Assembly (NCBI GenBank): GCA_963836045.1
Contig: CAWIIC010000004.1
Coordinates: 313,726-377,725, forward strand
Direction of reading: 5' to 3'
Origin: an uncultured Pseudomonadota bacterium
Lineage (GTDB): Bacteria > Chloroflexota > UBA5177 > JAJPKF01
DNA: 64,000 nt
Under the pieces are notes generated by a model. It made no database searches, was not told the origin of the DNA, and worked only from the letters and a program-made list of their open reading frames with translations. A program made the position numbers and the translations under genes. Below, in pieces: positions 59,112 to 64,000 of the stretch (position 1 is the first letter of the stretch; the number at the start of each line of letters is the position of its first letter).

Positions 59112-60485
59112 TCAGCCCTTCACGCGTTTTCTCACCTTGAGCAGCAGCTCAGATGGTTTCGGTCGCTGCTTCGACTTGGACTCCGGTCGGCTGACTGCGA
59201 ATGCCAGGTCCTCGATCGCGCGTGATACCGGCAAGTCCGGATCCACCATGACAAGCGGCGTGCCCCGGTTGATGGAGTCCATCATTTTCCCACCTCCCGA
59301 TGGAACCGGTGTGACGAACCGGTGCAAACCCGCCTCGACGTGCTTTCGCGAAAGCCCTACCTTGGGAAATACTTCGTTGAGAACAGGTATGACGCGTTCA
59401 TCCTGGATAGATAGCGCTCGGAAGATGTCGAGCGCGGTGTTCGCGGCCCTCACCGACGATATGTCGGAGATGAGCGGAAGTATGATCACGTCTGCCATCT
59501 CCAGCGCGACCAGCGTGTGCTCGGAGAAGTTGGAGGCGGTGTCGATGACCACATAGTCGAATGCGTCCCGCAACAATCCCAGCACGTTTCTCACGGTTGA
59601 TGCTTGAATGAGCTCCGCTCGCTCCGGTGATTGAGGAGCCGCTAGGAGACTGACTCCGGACTTGTGACGGCCCAGATACTGGGCCGCTATCTCCGCCGTG
59701 AGCCGCCCATTCTGACGAGCTAGGTCGTCAAGGGTTGATGTCGGCAGCATGTCGAGCAATATGTTGAGCGACCCTGACTCCAGACTGAGGTCGATGAGCG
59801 CCGTTGGCTCGCCCCAGAGCTGCTGCAAGGATATGGCGAGATTGGTCGCGATAGATGTGGTGCCCACCCCGCCTTTCAGGCTGAACACGGTAATGATCTT
59901 CCCGCCTGTAACTGATCGCGAGAGGGCGAGTGATGGGGCTGCCGCGTCGAACGACGCCTCCATTACGGCGGTAGCCGAGGTCGCGCTTAGCGCGGATCGA
60001 GTCGCCGCGGATGACTGATCTCCCGTTGGTGGATCTGTCACCTGGGAAACGGCTAAGTTTGCCGAATTGGTAGACTCCTCGCGATCAGGTGCCGCTACAT
60101 TTTCTTTACCGGACACCTTGAGCCTGCGTTTGACTCGCGCGATCAGATCGACTGGGTCTATCGGCTTTATAAGGTATGCGTCGGCGGGTACCTCTGAAGC
60201 GCCGGCGCGTGCCTTGCCCTCGAGTTCTTTTGTTCTAAGCATGAGCGTTGGAATGTCGGGCGAGCCTGGAAGCGACCGTACGCGGCGCAGCAGCTCGTAG
60301 CCATCCATGTGCGGCATGTCGACATCGATGATCGCGAGATCAAATGTTTGCGATGCCAAAATGCTGAGGGCCTCCGCGCCTGACAAAGCCTGTACCACGC
60401 CAAAGCCCGCGGCCTGTAGCACGTCCCGCACGACGTCGTTCACCAGGCAGCTGTCGTCGACAACGAGGATCGTATGGTCCGCCAT
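59112..60485 (-). CDS. CpaE/TadZ-like protein: N-terminal response-regulator receiver plus C-terminal ParA/MinD-type ATPase
   Basis: Receiver domain (ILVVDDS...DLAIIDVDMP...YLIKP). Deviant Walker A (SLKGGVGTTSIATNLA). Start taken at MADHTILVV. Confidence 0.75.
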   Translation of the reverse strand: MADHTILVVDDSCLVNDVVRDVLQAAGFGVVQALSGAEALSILASQTFDLAIIDVDMPHMDGYELLRRVRSLPGSPDIPTLMLRTKELEGKARAGASEVPADAYLIKPIDPVDLIARVKRRLKVSGKENVAAPDREESTNSANLAVSQVTDPPTGDQSSAATRSALSATSATAVMEASFDAAAPSLALSRSVTGGKIITVFSLKGGVGTTSIATNLAISLQQLWGEPTALIDLSLESGSLNILLDMLPTSTLDDLARQNGRLTAEIAAQYLGRHKSGVSLLAAPQSPERAELIQASTVRNVLGLLRDAFDYVVIDTASNFSEHTLVALEMADVIILPLISDISSVRAANTALDIFRALSIQDERVIPVLNEVFPKVGLSRKHVEAGLHRFVTPVPSGGGKMMDSINRGTPLVMVDPDLPVSRAIEDLAFAVSRPESKSKQRPKPSELLLKVRKRVKG

Positions 60486-60673
60486 TACTCTCTCAATGCG
60501 TGCAATCGACTGAAGGGAGACGCCATCGGCTCTGCTCTTTGACTTCGTCCCTAGTATGAGCGCGGATGGCGGCGCCATTGTTAGTACTTTTCGGCTGCGC
60601 CTCATGGGCCATTTCTCACGCCTGTCAAGTGAGTCACTATATGCCCAGTGTGAAGTAGCACGGGAAGGGCAAC

Positions 60674-61141
60674 ATGAAAACGCTGAGCACCCTGTCTCAC
60701 GAGGAGTGGGAGGAGATCAGGGAGCGGTACCGGGTTTCTAAGGTACTGATCTGGCGGGCTCCCACAGTAGAGGAGAGCAAACGGCATCAAGGCATGCCCG
60801 TCGGCATGCGCCTCCTTGAAGATGGAACCTATGAGGTCCAGATCAATGCCGATGCCATACGCTGCAGGCCGCGTGCCGTCGCTCGCGAACAGTACACCTT
60901 GTACTGTCTGTTCTGCTGCCTCGCTCATATCGAGCTCGGCCATCTGGATGAACGTCGACAGCAGCAGTGGCTTAAATCACGCATCCGCAACGGACGGCGG
61001 AAGGGCCTGAAAACCCTACGTGCGGAGCTGGACCGCGAGGCCTCCCAGTGGGCCCTCCAGCAGTTGAGTAGAGCTTCGCTGACACCATCTATTGCAGCAC
61101 CCGAACCGCTGCGCCTGGACCGCATAAGCGCGGTTAGCTAA
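60674..61141 (+). CDS. hypothetical protein
   Basis: 155-aa ORF with no recognised domain. Confidence 0.35.
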   Translation: MKTLSTLSHEEWEEIRERYRVSKVLIWRAPTVEESKRHQGMPVGMRLLEDGTYEVQINADAIRCRPRAVAREQYTLYCLFCCLAHIELGHLDERRQQQWLKSRIRNGRRKGLKTLRAELDREASQWALQQLSRASLTPSIAAPEPLRLDRISAVS

Positions 61142-61224
61142 GCCCAACACCTCTCTAACGCACAGCTTTCGTACGATAGACTTAAGGGGTGTGCGGCAGA
61201 GCCGCGCCCAGCGAGGGCGTGCAA

Positions 61225-61881
61225 ATGGAGATCAGCTACCTCGGTCATTCCTGCTTTCGTATCCGCGGACGCGAAGCCAGCATCTTGACCGATCCCTTTC
61301 CCCCGACCTATGGCCTGTCCATGGGTCGGCCGTCGGCCGCCGTGGTGACCGTCAGCAACCACGATCCCAATCACGAGTTTTCTGCGGGCGTTAGCGGCGA
61401 GTACCGCTTGATCACGGGACCCGGCGAGTATGAGATCGCCGACGTGTTGATAAACGGCGTGCAAACGTACCGCAATCTCGACGGCGGCTCCGGAAACGGG
61501 TCTCGCCCCAAACCCAACACAGCCTACGTGTTTGAGGTAGATGACCTACGCGTGTGTCACCTCGGAGATCTAGCGCAGAGGCTCAACGACGATCAGATCG
61601 AGGGCCTGGGCACGATCAACATTTTGATGGTCCCGGTGGGAGGCCACGGAGCTATAGGTCCGAATATGGCCTCTGACGTCGTGAGCAAACTCGAGCCGTC
61701 AGTCGTGATACCTATGAGGTTCCGCATCGAAAAAACTCAGGGCGAAAACCTCGAGCCGGTCGATCGCTTCGTGCGGGAGATGGGGGTCAAAGAGTGGAGT
61801 CCCATCCCGAAAGTCAGTATCACGAAATCGTCGTTGCCCAGTGAAATTCAAGTCATGGTGATGGAGCCAAGAAAAGCGTGA
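61225..61881 (+). CDS. MBL-fold metal-dependent hydrolase (UPF0173 family)
   Basis: [25 protein letters not shown] and [10 protein letters not shown]. Its stop overlaps the pyrG start. Confidence 0.75.
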   Translation: MEISYLGHSCFRIRGREASILTDPFPPTYGLSMGRPSAAVVTVSNHDPNHEFSAGVSGEYRLITGPGEYEIADVLINGVQTYRNLDGGSGNGSRPKPNTAYVFEVDDLRVCHLGDLAQRLNDDQIEGLGTINILMVPVGGHGAIGPNMASDVVSKLEPSVVIPMRFRIEKTQGENLEPVDRFVREMGVKEWSPIPKVSITKSSLPSEIQVMVMEPRKA

Positions 61882-63614
61882 CCAGATCAGAAACTCCCGA
61901 CACGAAGTACATTTTCGTCACCGGCGGAGTAGTGAGCTCTCTAGGTAAGGGGATCGCTGCCGCGTCGATCGGACGCGTGCTGAAGAGTCGGGGGATAGAA
62001 GTCTCCATTCAAAAGCTCGATCCGTACATCAACGTCGATCCCGGCACGATGGCACCAAATCAGCATGGCGAGGTCTTCGTAACCGAAGACGGAGCCGAAA
62101 CTGATCTGGACCTTGGGCATTACGAGCGCTTTATAGACGAGAACCTGACCAGAAACAGCAATGTGACCACCGGCCAGATCTACGCCTCGGTAATCGCCAA
62201 GGAGCGACGCGGCGAGTACCTCGGCGGCACCATTCAGGTCATTCCCCACATTACCGACGAGATGAAGGATCGCATCAAGCGGGTTGCCCGCCAGAGTAAG
62301 GCACAAGTCGTCATCGTTGAGGTTGGCGGCACCGTGGGCGACATCGAGGGACTGCCTTTCCTGGAAGCGATTCGCCAAATGCGCAAGGATGTCGGCCGTA
62401 ACAACGTGCTGTACATCCATGTGACCTTGTTGCCTCACATAGGGGCCACCGACGAGTTGAAGACTAAGCCCACTCAGCACAGCGTCAACGAGCTGCGCCG
62501 CATCGGCATCCAGCCCGATGTCTTGATCTGTCGTGCCGACTACGAGGTGACTCGGGAGCTTCGCGAGAAGATATCCCTGTTCGGAGACGTGCGCGAAGAG
62601 GCAGTCATCCCCTTACCCACCAGCGACACCATCTACGAAGTCCCCTTGGTGCTGGAGAAGACCGGCTTGGGTCGGCTGATTGTTAGCGAGCTTGGCCTCG
62701 AAGCCGGTCCCCCCGATCTGATTAGCTGGGCCGAGCTCGTCCGTCAAATCAAACGACAAAAGCCCGTCCTTCCCATCGCCATAGTCGGCAAATACGTGAA
62801 GAGCCCCGACGCCTACATGAGCATTGTCGAGGCCCTGAAACATGCCGGACTCAACAGTGACACGGACATACGCATCAATTGGGTCGATTCGGAGGATCTC
62901 GAGGGAGACGCGGACGTGGCCGAGTTGTTGGGGGATGTGCGCGGGATCGTGATAGGTCCTGGATTCGGCCCCCGTGGAGTCGAGGGAAAGATTCGAGCGG
63001 CGAGATACGCCCGCGAGAACAAGATCCCTTATTTGGGCCTCTGTCTGGGTATGCAGGTTGCCGTTATCGAGTTTGCGCGACATGTGTTCCAATCTGATGC
63101 GCCCAACAGCACAGAGTTCGACGAGTACACTGATCGGCCCGTGATCGACATCATGCCCGATCAGCGAGACGTCGCCGATAAGGGCGGAACGATGCGACTC
63201 GGTGTCTGGGCGTGCAAGCTGACTCCCGACACGAAGGCGGCCGAAGCCTACGATCAACCGGTGATCTATGAGCGCCACCGTCACCGCTATGAATTCAATA
63301 ACGAGTACCGCGAGAAACTGACTGAAGCCGGCATGATCCTCAGTGGCCTCTCCCCGGACGGCCGTCTCGTCGAGGTGATCGAGCTCCAGGATCACCCTTG
63401 GTTCGTGGGCACTCAGTTCCACCCCGAGTTCAAGTCACGGCCGGACCGGCCGCATCCCTTGTTCTGCGATTTCTTGAAGGCGGCGCAATCTACGAAAGTA
63501 GCCCGCGATTTCGACTCTCCGACCTTTGAGCCTCCGTTTGAAGAAGCAGCTTCCGCCGCCTCTGTTTCCGAAGCTGACGAGTCACTACTTGGAGTCAGCG
63601 TCACCTCCACGTGA
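61878..63614 (+). CDS. pyrG: CTP synthase
   Basis: [18 protein letters not shown]-terminus. Glutamine amidotransferase triad region (GLCLGMQ; ...H..E). Confidence 0.92.
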   Translation: MTRSETPDTKYIFVTGGVVSSLGKGIAAASIGRVLKSRGIEVSIQKLDPYINVDPGTMAPNQHGEVFVTEDGAETDLDLGHYERFIDENLTRNSNVTTGQIYASVIAKERRGEYLGGTIQVIPHITDEMKDRIKRVARQSKAQVVIVEVGGTVGDIEGLPFLEAIRQMRKDVGRNNVLYIHVTLLPHIGATDELKTKPTQHSVNELRRIGIQPDVLICRADYEVTRELREKISLFGDVREEAVIPLPTSDTIYEVPLVLEKTGLGRLIVSELGLEAGPPDLISWAELVRQIKRQKPVLPIAIVGKYVKSPDAYMSIVEALKHAGLNSDTDIRINWVDSEDLEGDADVAELLGDVRGIVIGPGFGPRGVEGKIRAARYARENKIPYLGLCLGMQVAVIEFARHVFQSDAPNSTEFDEYTDRPVIDIMPDQRDVADKGGTMRLGVWACKLTPDTKAAEAYDQPVIYERHRHRYEFNNEYREKLTEAGMILSGLSPDGRLVEVIELQDHPWFVGTQFHPEFKSRPDRPHPLFCDFLKAAQSTKVARDFDSPTFEPPFEEAASAASVSEADESLLGVSVTST

Positions 63615-64000
63615 CAGGCTATGCCGGCGTGGTGCCCTTGACCCGGTTGGGCCGGGCCGGCACCGCCTATACCTACGCTATTCCAGACTGTCTGAATGAC
63701 GTCCGCGCCGGCACTCTAGTGGCGATTCCGTTTATCAATCGCAGGATCACGGGAATCGTGCTGGACGTTTCAGAGCACGCAGACCGCGATAACCTCAAGC
63801 ACATTATTGAGATCGTAGATCCCGAGCCGTCTCTCGTCGCGTACCAGCTCGAGCTTGCTCGATGGATTAGCTCCGAGTACGCGGCCCCGCTGGGTGCCAC
63901 AATTTCCGCCATGGTCCCTCCGGGATACGCGGCGAAGGGTGCTGTAGAGCCCACTCGACGCCGGCCGGTCCGGACCGTGCGCCTCCTTCCGCTGGGGCTG
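63611..64000 (+). CDS. priA: primosomal protein N' (PriA), N-terminal part; continues beyond the window
   Basis: GTG overlaps the pyrG stop. [26 protein letters not shown]...[18 protein letters not shown] is the PriA 3'-DNA-binding N-terminal pattern. Confidence 0.6.
   Translation, partial: MTGYAGVVPLTRLGRAGTAYTYAIPDCLNDVRAGTLVAIPFINRRITGIVLDVSEHADRDNLKHIIEIVDPEPSLVAYQLELARWISSEYAAPLGATISAMVPPGYAAKGAVEPTRRRPVRTVRLLPLGL

Noticed and set aside
60674-61141. HIELGH in the 155-aa hypothetical protein as a zincin HEXXH metalloprotease motif
   Set aside because: The spacing is H-x-E-x-x-H, not H-E-x-x-H. There is no other ImmA/IrrE-like similarity.
1-64000. tRNA/rRNA genes
   Set aside because: I scanned for T-loop-like GGTTCGAATCC/GTTCGA motifs. 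The only gttcgaaaatg occurrences sit inside the family-1 repeat element and lack acceptor-stem complementarity. No rRNA-like conserved stretches were seen.

Overview
This is a high-GC bacterial chromosomal window that mixes housekeeping genes with a large accessory-looking middle section.

Housekeeping genes recognised by motif:
- Tryptophan--tRNA ligase (trpS), CTP synthase (pyrG) and the 5' end of primosomal protein N' (priA).
- dTDP-glucose 4,6-dehydratase and dTDP-4-dehydrorhamnose reductase (rmlB-rmlD).
- PspA/IM30 with a small upstream protein, a thiolase, a zinc-type alcohol dehydrogenase, and a CpaE/TadZ-like receiver-ATPase.

Gene sets I can name by family:
- A three-gene molybdenum-hydroxylase operon (FAD, 2Fe-2S and molybdopterin subunits, in coxM-S-L order), with a MaoC dehydratase and an SDR reductase beside it.
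- Two convergent acyl-CoA/ABC-transporter clusters, each headed by a GntR-family regulator. The first (about 14.2-20.7 kb) has decayed into frameshifted pseudogene fragments. The second (about 23.7-34.1 kb) is mostly intact, but one of its two acyl-CoA synthetases (ACS#2) and its crotonase are frameshifted.
- Several secreted BNR/Asp-box and TolB-like beta-propeller proteins, an LCP-family protein fused to a beta-propeller, a CoxG-like SRPBCC protein and a CoxE-like VWA protein.

The most unusual signals:
1. A MerB-like organomercurial lyase gene whose only disruption is an in-frame TGA. That TGA aligns with the catalytic Cys159 of MerB and is followed 12 nt later by a short GGUC-loop hairpin. 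This makes it a candidate selenocysteine-recoded gene; a nonsense pseudogene is the alternative.
2. A dispersed family of roughly 150-nt intergenic elements ending in heptanucleotide tandem repeats (CTGAAAA/CTGACAA). There are at least 9 copies, all co-oriented and often in tandem pairs, plus related TACCGTC heptad arrays.
3. A 640-bp degenerate tandem array (about 120-nt units) that merges into one of those elements and lies immediately 5' of another. It is not a CRISPR array.

Many other frameshifts are present, so either pseudogenes are abundant or the assembly carries indel errors. I recognised no tRNA or rRNA genes.
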